DNA of 64,000 nucleotides from an uncultured Bacteriovoracaceae bacterium. Its GTDB lineage: Bacteria; Desulfobacterota; Desulfomonilia; UBA1062. Position 1 is the first letter of the stretch; every line of letters starts with the position of its first letter. The notes beneath the pieces were generated by a model. That model had not been told where the DNA came from and did not search any database. It saw only the letters and a list, made by a program, of their open reading frames with translations. Shown here piece after piece: positions 40,165 to 50,913 of this stretch. Made by a program: the position numbers and the translations under genes. The DNA lies in assembly GCA_964400685.1 (NCBI GenBank), contig CAYNVT010000002.1, positions 25,870-89,869 of the forward strand, in the 5' to 3' direction.

Positions 40165-41533
40165 AAGTGCCTTCCTTGCTCTTTAAGTATGTTATAGCTC
40201 TTTCATATTTGGATACTGAGGAAACAGACAGTTCTTTATCCAGACTGCTCAGAAGTTCTGCAATGATGACGATATCTTCTCGTATCATACCCTTACTTTC
40301 TATTTCAATCTCCACATCGGCTCCGATTCGCCTATCATTGATATCATTAAAATACACGTGATCTACACAGACCTCCGCCTGCTGATTTTGCTTGTTGTTA
40401 ATTGTAATAGAAACACGATTGGTGTTAATTTTAACAGCTCTTACAAGAGATTTGCAGTCCGGGGCCAGATAACTGATAAGGCGGCAGGGAAGGGCAGAAA
40501 TGCGCTCTCCTTTTTCGAGTAACTCTTTTTCTTTAATTGAGATAGGAGCTTCTTCTTCCGATCGGCTATACCACATTCCTTTCTCATTGGATGTTGTGTT
40601 TTGAACTTTTGTTTTGAGTGTTATTTGAACATAATCTTTTTTCTCGCGTAAACGAAATGACATTCCTGCATTGAAAAGACAAAAATTGATGTCATCGAAA
40701 TAGGTATCCTTCTGTAAAACTGGTTTGGTTTCCGCAATAATCCCCATATCTAAAGATAATAATCCCTTCCGGCATGCCAAAATCAATTTCTCAAAATCCT
40801 TATCGTTCATGTTTGACCGTAATAGCTTACACTCAATATCGTAAGGAGAAGGGGACTTTTCCGGCGGTTGCGGGATTGTCGATAAATATCTATCCACTAT
40901 TTCATTATATTTTTTTATATAGGGATGAACTGTGTTACGCCTACCTGCTGCATGTTCGAGCTCAGGCAAAGTCCAATAATTTTTACCATGGAAATCATTT
41001 TCCGGATATACAACAGTTTTAATGGTCCCATTTTCGGCATTCCATCTTACCCAATGAAAATGATCTGGGTCGATACCGTTTTTAGTCAGGGGATGAATTC
41101 TGTGATATTGGACTTTTGATTCAACGCCATTGACCTTTTTAATCTTTTCAAATTGTCTGGCAAACAGAGGACTGTGGGAATAATCAGGACGAGGTATGAT
41201 GTAGTATAAATTAGGATTGATGTCTTCTTCCGCTGACAGATTTGAAACCACCATAGTAGGTGTTAAAATAGTATCTATAATATGAATTACACCGCCATCA
41301 TATCGAAAGGAGTATCCATTCATATAGAAGAAAATATCCTGGCAAGAAATAAGAATTCCAAAAGAGTCCTTATTCATAGTCATGCGCCAGTCATCTGGCA
41401 AATACTCGTTTATGTCAGCGACGATACGGACAAACAGTTCAACTGATAATCCTCCACCACGTTCTTTGTGCCTGGCGATAGGATGAATATCTTCAGGATG
41501 TTCTTTATCTTGTGTACGGGAAAAGACAAGCAT
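40145..41533 (-). CDS. two-domain protein: unknown N-terminal domain + C-terminal CYTH (triphosphate tunnel metalloenzyme)-like domain
   Basis: C-terminal half has IAETKPVLQKDTYFDD ... FRLRE ... ITLKTK ... ADVEIEIES, matching the CYTH ExK/RLR/TxK/EIEIE pattern. Overlaps the hydrolase gene by 20 nt. Confidence 0.6.
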   Translation of the reverse strand: MLVFSRTQDKEHPEDIHPIARHKERGGGLSVELFVRIVADINEYLPDDWRMTMNKDSFGILISCQDIFFYMNGYSFRYDGGVIHIIDTILTPTMVVSNLSAEEDINPNLYYIIPRPDYSHSPLFARQFEKIKKVNGVESKVQYHRIHPLTKNGIDPDHFHWVRWNAENGTIKTVVYPENDFHGKNYWTLPELEHAAGRRNTVHPYIKKYNEIVDRYLSTIPQPPEKSPSPYDIECKLLRSNMNDKDFEKLILACRKGLLSLDMGIIAETKPVLQKDTYFDDINFCLFNAGMSFRLREKKDYVQITLKTKVQNTTSNEKGMWYSRSEEEAPISIKEKELLEKGERISALPCRLISYLAPDCKSLVRAVKINTNRVSITINNKQNQQAEVCVDHVYFNDINDRRIGADVEIEIESKGMIREDIVIIAELLSSLDKELSVSSVSKYERAITYLKSKEGTYEKDGI

Positions 41534-41976
41534 TTAAATAGCCTCCTTATATATAAACAAATTTTAATTTTTTCTATGAAGCAGTTTGTTCAGGGAAATA
41601 AATTCTTAGCATCAACTATATACGAAAAAGTAACTGATTCTTAACCAGTTGAACACTATGGTATATACGATTATACAACTTAAAAGACAACTTTGTTTTA
41701 TCCATAGCATTGACATCAACCTTAACCGTGTATAAAACGAAGGATGAGATACTCTTACATGTGTGATAGATACATCCTTTCTTGAGATTGGGATGCATAT
41801 CATAAATGTAGAAACAAAAGACGAATTTTCAAGTGGGGTAATATCCCTTGATGACAGACCAACAAGGGCCCCTTTTTTCAGGAATCACGCAGAAAAAGTC
41901 ATTAACATCGTACTAGTGTTGAAAGAGAAAACTTTGAAGACTTTCTGCTCAAATTTCTCATTGAGAAGGGTTAATT

Positions 41977-43215
41977 ATGACTTTTATTAGTGATAGCACC
42001 CTGGATAAACCTAAAATCATAGAGGCTGTTAGTGTATTTATACAGCCCCTTCAACTTGAAAGTCCCGATTCTCTTAATGATTATAAATGGTCCAAAATCA
42101 ATGAAAACGGATTTGACGATGATGATATAAGAATTGTTCAGTTAAAAGAATGGCAGGAAGAAATCATTGAGTATGGAACTATTAAAATTCAGGCGAGATT
42201 ATTACCGAAAATAGGTTGGATAAAAAAATGTGAATGGGTGGCGCTCATTATTGAAGCCCATTTGAACATAACAGATAATGATCTATATATTGATGATCTG
42301 CTTTCGTTTAACGTTGGATTTCGTAAATCAAGAGGTTTACCGGTCCCTGATAATAGCCATTTCGAAATGAATATAAATAATTATCTTCTCTCAAATGGAA
42401 AGCCCTGTTCAGATATTTATAAAAGATATGCTGATGAGATATTTGGAATGAACAAATATAAACCACTTTTAAACCTTCAAAAATCAGTCATACTTTCTCT
42501 TGGACGATTTGATCGTATTTTAACGGATAAAGACCTTTATCGTTTTGGCAGTGTTGCCTATCCCCATGAGCAAATTTCGGATGAATGGGTCAATACTGCA
42601 AGAGAGAACATGGTTGATCGCTGGATAAAAACAGGTTGGCGTTGCTTCGCTTATTCATACAGTATGGTTTATGCTCTCAACGAGTCATATCCAGGTAGAT
42701 TAGATGATAAAATCAGAGGTAACTTTCTAGATAAGTATGTAAGAACTGGTGTAACAATTGCTTTGCATAGGGCTATGCTTCAAGAATTGCCCCTGAAGCT
42801 TAAACAGGCAGAGAGCTTGGCCGAAATGCGTAAATGCCATCAGGAAATGGCAAGAATCAATAACTATGTTGGAGTCCGATGGACTTCTGAGGGTACACAG
42901 AATACAAAAATTGAACAGATATGGCGCAAGGCTACAGGCATTGAAGACAGAATGAACGAAGTAAAGCTGTTGCTGGAAGAGAAGATTGATGTTTATGAGG
43001 CTCAGGAGGCAGATAGATTAAATAATGGAATTTTCATATTACAAATAATCTTTGGTGCATTCTATGGAGCACAAATTGGCCTGGCATTGGGATCGGATTT
43101 TGTCCATTTGATTTTGGGTATGGTGATTGGACTTGTATTGATATTTATATTTATTTGGTTAGAAAAACGAATAAAGATTTTAGAGCGAATCAAGAAAATG
43201 AGTATTTTTAAATAA
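41977..43215 (+). CDS. hypothetical protein with C-terminal double TM anchor (412 aa)
   Basis: RBS AGAAGGGttaattATG. C-terminal hydrophobic helices IFILQIIFGAFYGAQIGLALG and LILGMVIGLVLIFIFIWL. Confidence 0.55.
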   Translation: MTFISDSTLDKPKIIEAVSVFIQPLQLESPDSLNDYKWSKINENGFDDDDIRIVQLKEWQEEIIEYGTIKIQARLLPKIGWIKKCEWVALIIEAHLNITDNDLYIDDLLSFNVGFRKSRGLPVPDNSHFEMNINNYLLSNGKPCSDIYKRYADEIFGMNKYKPLLNLQKSVILSLGRFDRILTDKDLYRFGSVAYPHEQISDEWVNTARENMVDRWIKTGWRCFAYSYSMVYALNESYPGRLDDKIRGNFLDKYVRTGVTIALHRAMLQELPLKLKQAESLAEMRKCHQEMARINNYVGVRWTSEGTQNTKIEQIWRKATGIEDRMNEVKLLLEEKIDVYEAQEADRLNNGIFILQIIFGAFYGAQIGLALGSDFVHLILGMVIGLVLIFIFIWLEKRIKILERIKKMSIFK

Positions 43216-43497
43216 TAATGTTAAATTTTAAGAGGCTATTGTTTTTATGTATCGATAAGAATTGATCATAAATTCGTTGATAACTTTTTTACGATTACTA
43301 TAGTTTATGCTTGTCAACTATCAGTGTATAATGAGTCATAGACTTATTAAGGTATATTTTTTGTAATGATAGCATCCTTAAAACATAAAAAGGTTTTGAT
43401 ATTCTGTCTTAAATGTGATTACGTTTAACTGGTTATAATTTTAACTGTTTGTGTCTGATGGTGTTATTCGTGATCTGACACACAGGAGGTTCTTAAA

Positions 43498-45633
43498 ATG
43501 AACAAAAAAAAATATTACTTACTTATTATCTTACTATTGATTTTTCTAATCCCTCTTTTTGCCAGCTGTAAACAGAAAGTAGATGAAGTTAGAACAACGA
43601 AAGAAACTATAAATATTCAAAAGGTAAAAGCCATTGATGGGATTGATTTATATTTGCTCATTGATGAATCTGGAAGTATGAGCGGTCAAATGGGTACAGA
43701 TAAGGCCGGACTGCGATTCGATGCCGGAAAATATCTGATCCAGAACCTTCTTGTAAAAAATAGTGATCCAGAGAATCCTAATCGAGTGGCTGTTATTCAT
43801 TTCGGAGATGATGCAACTTCAAAAGGATTGATTGATCTTACTCTTGGTGGTGTAAAGGATCTGGCAGTGGCTGTTGATAGCGACAGCAAGATAAATATGG
43901 GGGATACAAGTTTTTTGAGAGCTCTTGAAAAGGTTGTGTTATTAGATTCATCAGCCCCTGAATGCAAGAATGTAAGGAATAAGATCATCGTCATTTTTAC
44001 TGATGGTGAACCCGATGATGCAAGACATCTGGCCTCCATCCAGAAGTATTTCAATGAGATCCAGTTATACTTTAAAGAAAAAATGAAGGGATTTTCACTC
44101 TATGTTATTGGCATTGACAATCAATCATCTCGAATCAAGTTTTCCGATACCATGCCGGAATGGAAGAAAGTTGCAGGCGATAACAACGTTCATGTCCTTA
44201 GGGATGTAAAAGATCTATATACAAAATTCAACCAGACGATCCAACAGATATTCGAGTTGCCACAAATAGAACGTGTTACTGTAACTAAATCTGAAGATTT
44301 TGAAGTACAGCCTTATCTGGACAAGGTTGAATTCCACATTTTCACAGAATCAAATATAAAACTTGGTATCCGAAGACCTGATGGAAAACTTGTGAATGTA
44401 AAAGATAATGGTGTTTCACAGAAAACAGTAGGCCGGTATTCAATTCTAACCATTAATAGTCCTGAACCAGGTCTATGGAAGTATGAAATACTTGAAGGAA
44501 CAGGAAGCGTTAATATCTTGAGGAACCCAATACCTTTCAGGCTACAACTGGAATATCCTCCGAGCGTATATCCTGTAGGAAAACCGCTCATGATTCGTGC
44601 TCAATTTACCAAGGCGAATGGAGAAGAGGTTAAAGAGTTACCTGATTATCCACTTTCATTTACTGCGAAGGTTACATCACCGGATTATCCCAATTATGAT
44701 GAAGATGTTCAATTCCTTCCCAAAAACAAAATAAACAAAACTTATTATGCAAGTTTACCTGTGAAAATTGAGAAACCAGGTGAATATCATATTAAGTTGA
44801 AAGTAAAAGGCGGAACGCGTTTTGAGACTTCAAATACGCAAAAGATTTTTGTTCAATCATATCCGTACTTCAGCTTTTCCATTCCAGAACCACTCAATAC
44901 ATATCCTCTGTGTAAGAGTATGAAGATTGAGGCGACAATCAGACGTGGGAAAGAGATATCTGATCCAAAGAAAGAGTATCAAGATAACCCCAATGATCTT
45001 GTCCTTGTTCAGATCGTTTCATCTTCAAATAACCAGTCTTCTCCTGCTGTGTGGCTTAATTATGAAGGCAAGGGGAAGTACAGCTCAATTATCCCATTTG
45101 AATTGAAAGAAGGTAATTATACTTTTGCTGCAAAGGTTAAAGGAGAACCTAGGTTAGCAGACAAAATGATACCAACTGAACAGATTGAGGACTTTGATTT
45201 CTTCGTTTCTCCTACGGGAGGTCAGCTTACAAGTTCTATTGCTAAGATGGCTGGTATGATAATTTTAACCATTCTTATCATCTGGAGTATCTGGATTGTA
45301 ATATGGTTAAATATATTTACGAAAAAATTTTCCGGATATTTAAATGTATCTATCGGAGATGAACAATATATTGAAGGATACCAGGAATTCAAGTGGCTAA
45401 GACCAATAACAGCAGATATTAGCGGTGTGATAAGTGATGAGGATTCCAGAAAAAAGAGTAAAAAGAAAATATCATTCTGGGTCAAGGCAAAAGGTGAAGA
45501 TACAGTTTGTGTATATATAGGCGGGTGGGTTTCATTATTCCTTATGGGGATTATTTCGAAGAAATCATCAGTTTCAAAAGATGATGGAAATAGTGAACTT
45601 GGAGAATATATTGCGATTAAGATAAGTCAATAA
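43498..45633 (+). CDS. exported von Willebrand factor A (vWA) domain protein with C-terminal TM anchor (711 aa)
   Basis: RBS ACAGGAGGttcttaaaATG. Signal/lipobox LIPLFASC. MIDAS DxSxS in DLYLLIDESGSMSG. C-terminal TM MAGMIILTILIIWSIWIVIWL. Confidence 0.75.
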   Translation: MNKKKYYLLIILLLIFLIPLFASCKQKVDEVRTTKETINIQKVKAIDGIDLYLLIDESGSMSGQMGTDKAGLRFDAGKYLIQNLLVKNSDPENPNRVAVIHFGDDATSKGLIDLTLGGVKDLAVAVDSDSKINMGDTSFLRALEKVVLLDSSAPECKNVRNKIIVIFTDGEPDDARHLASIQKYFNEIQLYFKEKMKGFSLYVIGIDNQSSRIKFSDTMPEWKKVAGDNNVHVLRDVKDLYTKFNQTIQQIFELPQIERVTVTKSEDFEVQPYLDKVEFHIFTESNIKLGIRRPDGKLVNVKDNGVSQKTVGRYSILTINSPEPGLWKYEILEGTGSVNILRNPIPFRLQLEYPPSVYPVGKPLMIRAQFTKANGEEVKELPDYPLSFTAKVTSPDYPNYDEDVQFLPKNKINKTYYASLPVKIEKPGEYHIKLKVKGGTRFETSNTQKIFVQSYPYFSFSIPEPLNTYPLCKSMKIEATIRRGKEISDPKKEYQDNPNDLVLVQIVSSSNNQSSPAVWLNYEGKGKYSSIIPFELKEGNYTFAAKVKGEPRLADKMIPTEQIEDFDFFVSPTGGQLTSSIAKMAGMIILTILIIWSIWIVIWLNIFTKKFSGYLNVSIGDEQYIEGYQEFKWLRPITADISGVISDEDSRKKSKKKISFWVKAKGEDTVCVYIGGWVSLFLMGIISKKSSVSKDDGNSELGEYIAIKISQ

Positions 45634-45664
45634 TCCTGAAGAGTATTCAAAGGAGGATCAAGGT

Positions 45665-48600
45665 ATGGCAAGTGCATTCTTAGTGGTTGGTGTTGGTGGA
45701 TGCGGTCGTGGGGTCTGTACTCACATTAAACATGATATTGAGCAGGAATTTGGTTCTCTTGAAGCAGCAAAGATTAAAATATTAGTTATTGATGGTCCTG
45801 ATAAGGACGATGTTTATGCACTTCCAGGCGGTTTTGAAATTGATACCGGAAAAGATTCACCAGAGTTTTATCGAACTATGATAACGCCAGCACCTGTTAT
45901 AAAAAATATTGCAGGGGGCAGAATCAGTTCCAATGAAGCTTATATAGCTCAATGGTTATCTCAAAAAGCAGCTGAAAAAATTCCCACAGATTCAATAGAT
46001 CCAACAACAGGTTTTGGCGGGCATAGATCACCGGGACATGCTTACTTTTATCTTGATGTAGGTAATATCAAAACCAGGTTAGTTAGAGAATACGATATTG
46101 CTAGAAAATTACTTGGTGGTTCGGAAAAATCATCGAATCAGGTTATTATAGTTGTTGTCGGTTCACAGTCTGGAGGCACCGGTGCAGGTCTTCTTTTTGA
46201 TGTTATGCATTTATTGAGAGATATTGCATTGCAGAACCATGATATGGTTATGAGCTTTCTACCTTTGGCGAACACATATCATAACCTGCCTTCCAGTCCA
46301 GGGCAGATGGCGAATCACAATGCACAGAATTTTGCTGGTCTATTGAATCTGATGCGTTTCATGACTACAACAAACAATTTCCCTACCATTATCAAGTACA
46401 GTGATATGGTTGAAGTACATAATGCACGCATTGCCGACATACCGTTTGTTATTGATGGAAATGTGCCCAATGCAAAGTTTAATGATGTGCCCCCACGGCT
46501 TGGTGTTGTTCCGGTAATTGCAGATTTTCTCCTAACAATTATTAAAGATAATATCAGGACATCAGTTCTTCAGCCACGTATTACTGACTGGGCACAAAAA
46601 AATATAGGAGCAGCTGAGTATCCAGAGAAGTATGCTGCTTTGGGGGCAACCTCAATCCGTTATTCCCATAAAGATATCCTGCAAACATTTTCATATCGGT
46701 TTACAGTAGCACTCTACGATCTAATTCTGAATCCAATTGGGACAGAGTTTGATAAGGGAAAGATCATCGCAAACAGTATCCTTAACCAGATAACCTTTAC
46801 TCAGATGGTTGAAAACCCTCAATCTACTTCTCTGGAACCGCCATCACCACCTAAGTTCAGCCCTGAGTTCAGGACGTTAGGTTCGCGTATCCGAACAGGA
46901 AATCCCGGTGAACAACCTTTCCCCTATCCGGCGAAACCTTTTACTGAACAGATTGATTATGGACATAGTGTTACGCGGCTTGGAGGGTTACGTGAGAAAG
47001 TAGATGTCAAGAATGATGCAATTAAGCTTAAGGAGAATTTAAAGCTACGGTTAGAAACCTGGATAATGAATCAACACGAAAAAATCGTGACTAGAGTGGT
47101 TAAAGATATTGAAGATCAAATGAATGATGTTTTTTATGTAAAACAAGGAGAACATCTTGTCCCCAGGACTCTACAGGATTCACCAAGTTCTATTATCATT
47201 GCCAGGGATTTACTTAAGTATTTATTGGAAAAGCTGGAGAATTATCAAGGGCATTTATCGTCTGAGTTTAATAATCTTATGTATCCGAACGGACCTGAAA
47301 AGAACAGCATCATTGCTGAGCATCTGCTTAAGTTGAATGATGCTGAAACGAAAATGATTAAAAGAAGTAGTTCTGAGACTCAGAAGAAATATCTTGAAGT
47401 GATGCAAAAGCATTTTAACCTTGAAGTATGGGATATTCTTGTTCAAGGTTCTCAATCTATTACGAGTGATATAATAAAGCGGGTTAATAGCCTATGGAAT
47501 CTCATTGGTGAAGGGGCGGATGGTTGGATCACAATCCTAAGGAAGTATCGGGATCTGATTAACGGAATGTACCAGGGAGATCTTGAAAGACGTCGTGGCT
47601 TTGATAAGATGCGTTTAAGGAGATACGTGCCTAATACTGGGAGCGAAGCGGAAGACCGGCTTTTTGAAGAAGTTGCCGTTCCGGTTTTGAATTCATTGAA
47701 ACCAAAGGTTTATTGGACCTTTGCTATAGACTCACAGATTCCTGGCAAGTATGAGATTCTGATTAACTCCCCTTCAGTTCCCAACTATGATAACAAAAAA
47801 TCAATCAACGATCTTCGAGATGTAATAACAGGGAAGAAATTGGAAGATGTTCATTATTATAATCCCTTCAGTCATTGTCAGTATGCAATCAACGAGATCG
47901 GTGGACCGCTTGATAACAAAACTGTCTGGGACATACTTGAAATTGAATGTAATGAGTGCTGGTGTAAGGATCAAAGGATACCACCTGATAGACGAAATTC
48001 AGATGCTTTTGCTTTATATCTTGCTGAGGATTTCTTGAAACGGTCTGATGTGGCACTTGATTATAGAAATGCAGATAACCTTTTGAAACAGGATTACACG
48101 ATATGTTATCTTCCAGGAGATATAGGTAGTGTAGGTGGAAAATTCATTAAGGAGTTGGAAAATAAAGACTGTCAGATTTCATCACATCAGGGTCTTTCAA
48201 AAGAAGTGAGAAGAGTGAATCTGCACTTTAGAATACCTATCAAACAGTGGGGTTATTATGGACAGGCCCAAACAGATTACGTGAAATATATAGACAGCAA
48301 AGTGCCCAAAATACTTATTGATATATATCCACAGGAACAGAATGCAAACCGGATCAGAAAATATATTGAATCTAGGATTGACTATTCCTTCACCCAGGTT
48401 ATAGAAACATCTGTTTCATCTTTATTATATGATTATAATATTTTTCAAAAAGCAGCTCTCTGTTACGTTATGGGCCTGATCCCTACGGTGGCAGGCGCTG
48501 AAGCGATTTCACCAAAGAGGTATTCTCTGTCATTAAACGCAGGATCAATGGACTTGGGAGAAGAGTGGGATATTTATACGCTTATGAATAACATTAACCG

Positions 48601-48862
48601 GCCGGAAAGAGAAATGACAGATAAGCATTGGCAATCAAACATAGATGTACATGATGAAATTACCTCCATCTGGAACATATTCTTACAAGGACGTGTACAA
48701 AATCTATCTGGATTGGCAGTGGATTTAAAGGCACAAGTTAAAAATATTCAGCTGCCTTCTCCACCAACAGGACAAACTGACTCAATTGACCCACAAGGCA
48801 AACAACATTTAACATTGGCCATCAGGGCTGTCGTAGAAGAATATGCGGAGCTGCTACAATGA
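45665..48862 (+). CDS. giant tubulin/FtsZ-superfamily GTPase-like protein (1065 aa)
   Basis: RBS AAAGGAGGatcaaggtATG. N-terminal G-box FLVVGVGGCGRGV (compare FtsZ GVGGGG). T4 tubulin signature VVVGSQSGGTGAGLLFD (GGGTGSG-like). Long C-terminal extension of unknown fold. Confidence 0.6.
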   Translation: MASAFLVVGVGGCGRGVCTHIKHDIEQEFGSLEAAKIKILVIDGPDKDDVYALPGGFEIDTGKDSPEFYRTMITPAPVIKNIAGGRISSNEAYIAQWLSQKAAEKIPTDSIDPTTGFGGHRSPGHAYFYLDVGNIKTRLVREYDIARKLLGGSEKSSNQVIIVVVGSQSGGTGAGLLFDVMHLLRDIALQNHDMVMSFLPLANTYHNLPSSPGQMANHNAQNFAGLLNLMRFMTTTNNFPTIIKYSDMVEVHNARIADIPFVIDGNVPNAKFNDVPPRLGVVPVIADFLLTIIKDNIRTSVLQPRITDWAQKNIGAAEYPEKYAALGATSIRYSHKDILQTFSYRFTVALYDLILNPIGTEFDKGKIIANSILNQITFTQMVENPQSTSLEPPSPPKFSPEFRTLGSRIRTGNPGEQPFPYPAKPFTEQIDYGHSVTRLGGLREKVDVKNDAIKLKENLKLRLETWIMNQHEKIVTRVVKDIEDQMNDVFYVKQGEHLVPRTLQDSPSSIIIARDLLKYLLEKLENYQGHLSSEFNNLMYPNGPEKNSIIAEHLLKLNDAETKMIKRSSSETQKKYLEVMQKHFNLEVWDILVQGSQSITSDIIKRVNSLWNLIGEGADGWITILRKYRDLINGMYQGDLERRRGFDKMRLRRYVPNTGSEAEDRLFEEVAVPVLNSLKPKVYWTFAIDSQIPGKYEILINSPSVPNYDNKKSINDLRDVITGKKLEDVHYYNPFSHCQYAINEIGGPLDNKTVWDILEIECNECWCKDQRIPPDRRNSDAFALYLAEDFLKRSDVALDYRNADNLLKQDYTICYLPGDIGSVGGKFIKELENKDCQISSHQGLSKEVRRVNLHFRIPIKQWGYYGQAQTDYVKYIDSKVPKILIDIYPQEQNANRIRKYIESRIDYSFTQVIETSVSSLLYDYNIFQKAALCYVMGLIPTVAGAEAISPKRYSLSLNAGSMDLGEEWDIYTLMNNINRPEREMTDKHWQSNIDVHDEITSIWNIFLQGRVQNLSGLAVDLKAQVKNIQLPSPPTGQTDSIDPQGKQHLTLAIRAVVEEYAELLQ

Positions 48863-49671
48863 TAATAATGAAGGATTCTAAATAATTTTGCATAACTGTA
48901 TTTATTGGATCACATTGCAATATTATTTGTTGAATAAAAGAATCTTTGCTAGGTATAGCAAACAAATTGGTAGATGCAACATAAGTACATTTTACGTTAC
49001 TTTCCAATTCTTCGGAAATGTATACGATAATTAGTCGTCCCTGAAAAACCCGATATCAGATCAGATGGGCGCCCAATTGAGGCGCCTGTTATGTTTTTGG
49101 GGGAAGAAAATGTGCCATAAAATGAGCACAAAAAAGAAGCAAGCTCTTTCATGAGCTTGGAAAAGTTGAAAGAGCTGATGCAAGCATAAGATCAACATGC
49201 CTGTTTTCCCTTGGTCACTTTTCAACTGAGGTCTGATGGGTTTCTAGCCGAGTGTGTCATAGGTATGAAATAAAATAATCTCATGTACGGGTTCTCTAAT
49301 CCAGTTAATTAAATTACAGTTCCCCATCAGGTTCAAGAATCGAATTACTTTTCTCAACTATCATTATATCCATAAATACTCCTACTTCTTAAAGACTATA
49401 ACGATAATTTTCATGAATTGTGCTCACCATTCTTTAAACTGACCAAAATCAAGGGACGGTATGTCAATTTTTCAGGTTTATCATATTAGGTTGCATTTTC
49501 CTGAGTTGACATAAGATGGGTTATTAGCAGCTTTTCATTGATACCAGGTTTTAAATAGCAGGATCACTTCTCCTACCTAACTTTAGAATAAAACATTCTA
49601 TGCATGGTCACATTTTTTGCCAAAGGCCGTCTATGTTTATCAAGAAAAAAAATAAATAAAGGAGATTGTAA

Positions 49672-50670
49672 ATGAGAAAAGTATCACTGTTGCTATCATT
49701 GTTATTCGTATTATTGCTTTCATCGCCGGCTTGGGCAATAAATGTTTCATTGACAACTACTATTGAGGGTGGGAACAAGCCGGTAGTAGTTGGAAAGACA
49801 AATTTACCTGATGGTATGAAGCTTTCTGTTTCAATGAATAGTAATAACAGAGTTCTTATTCGTAAAGATACAGTAACAGTTGTTAGTGGATCTTTTCGCA
49901 CTTATCCGTTTACCCGTAATGGTTCAGAGCTTAATGCAGGCTCATATACGGTTGTCATTAATTCACTTGGAACAGCAGACCAGCCTCCGTCAGTTCGAGA
50001 TGTTTTAGGTAAAGGCGGTAATAAGCTTACGGGGGCTAATGTTATAAAAACTAAAAATGGGAGCAATATCATATCATATAGCTTTTCTTTTTTGTTAAGC
50101 AGTAACAGTTCACCAGAAAAGGAAAAAGCTTCACAAAGCAATGAAAAATCATCAACTGTTTCAAACTTTTTTAAACGTCCAAACGGAAACTTGGAAGATT
50201 TTCAGATGAAGGGGAAGCTGGGAGTTGGTATCGAGATCTCTGTCGCAAATTTTGGTATTGGCCCAACAGTAGAATATTGGTTTACTGATAATATAGCAGT
50301 GGAGGCATTTTATTCCGGTTTGGCAGATTGGAATGCATATGGAGCACGTGGTGAATATCTTATTAATAAACCATTCTCAATTTCTAAGATAAAAGCAAAA
50401 CCATATATCGGTATTGGTTACTCTTGGATAAAAGGTCCATCTGAAGATTATGGCGGAGTATCATCCAAGATAGAGGGAAGTGGTTTCGACTTGCATGCTG
50501 GTTTACTTGCCTCTGTTCCATATCTACCCAAGAATCTTATGTCACGGATTGAAGTTAATTACTCAAACGCTGATGTAAAAACTACAGCCTCAGCTGGTGA
50601 TTACACTGCATCAAGTTCATCTAATTTCAGCAATTTCGGTGCTGGGATAGGTTTATACTACTTCTTCTAG
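49672..50670 (+). CDS. outer-membrane beta-barrel protein (332 aa)
   Basis: RBS AAAGGAGAttgtaaATG. Signal peptide ending SPAWA. Alternating amphipathic strands. C-terminal GAGIGLYYFF aromatic terminus. Confidence 0.65.
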   Translation: MRKVSLLLSLLFVLLLSSPAWAINVSLTTTIEGGNKPVVVGKTNLPDGMKLSVSMNSNNRVLIRKDTVTVVSGSFRTYPFTRNGSELNAGSYTVVINSLGTADQPPSVRDVLGKGGNKLTGANVIKTKNGSNIISYSFSFLLSSNSSPEKEKASQSNEKSSTVSNFFKRPNGNLEDFQMKGKLGVGIEISVANFGIGPTVEYWFTDNIAVEAFYSGLADWNAYGARGEYLINKPFSISKIKAKPYIGIGYSWIKGPSEDYGGVSSKIEGSGFDLHAGLLASVPYLPKNLMSRIEVNYSNADVKTTASAGDYTASSSSNFSNFGAGIGLYYFF

Positions 50671-50913
50671 GCGAGGGTTAGAAAGCCTCTGATTTTGAGA
50701 ATGGAAATTATCATGACACAGTATTTACAAAATACAAGTAACAAGGAATTAAAGAGGGATGGGATATATATTCCATCCCCTCCTTGTACGTTGTTCACTA
50801 ATCTTCATAATGATCGAGATATGTGGTCGAAATCGAATTAGAATTCCTGGTGGATTTTTCCGTCCAGATATCAATCTCCCTTGTGGACAATTTGAAAAGA
50901 AATCATCCAGCTG

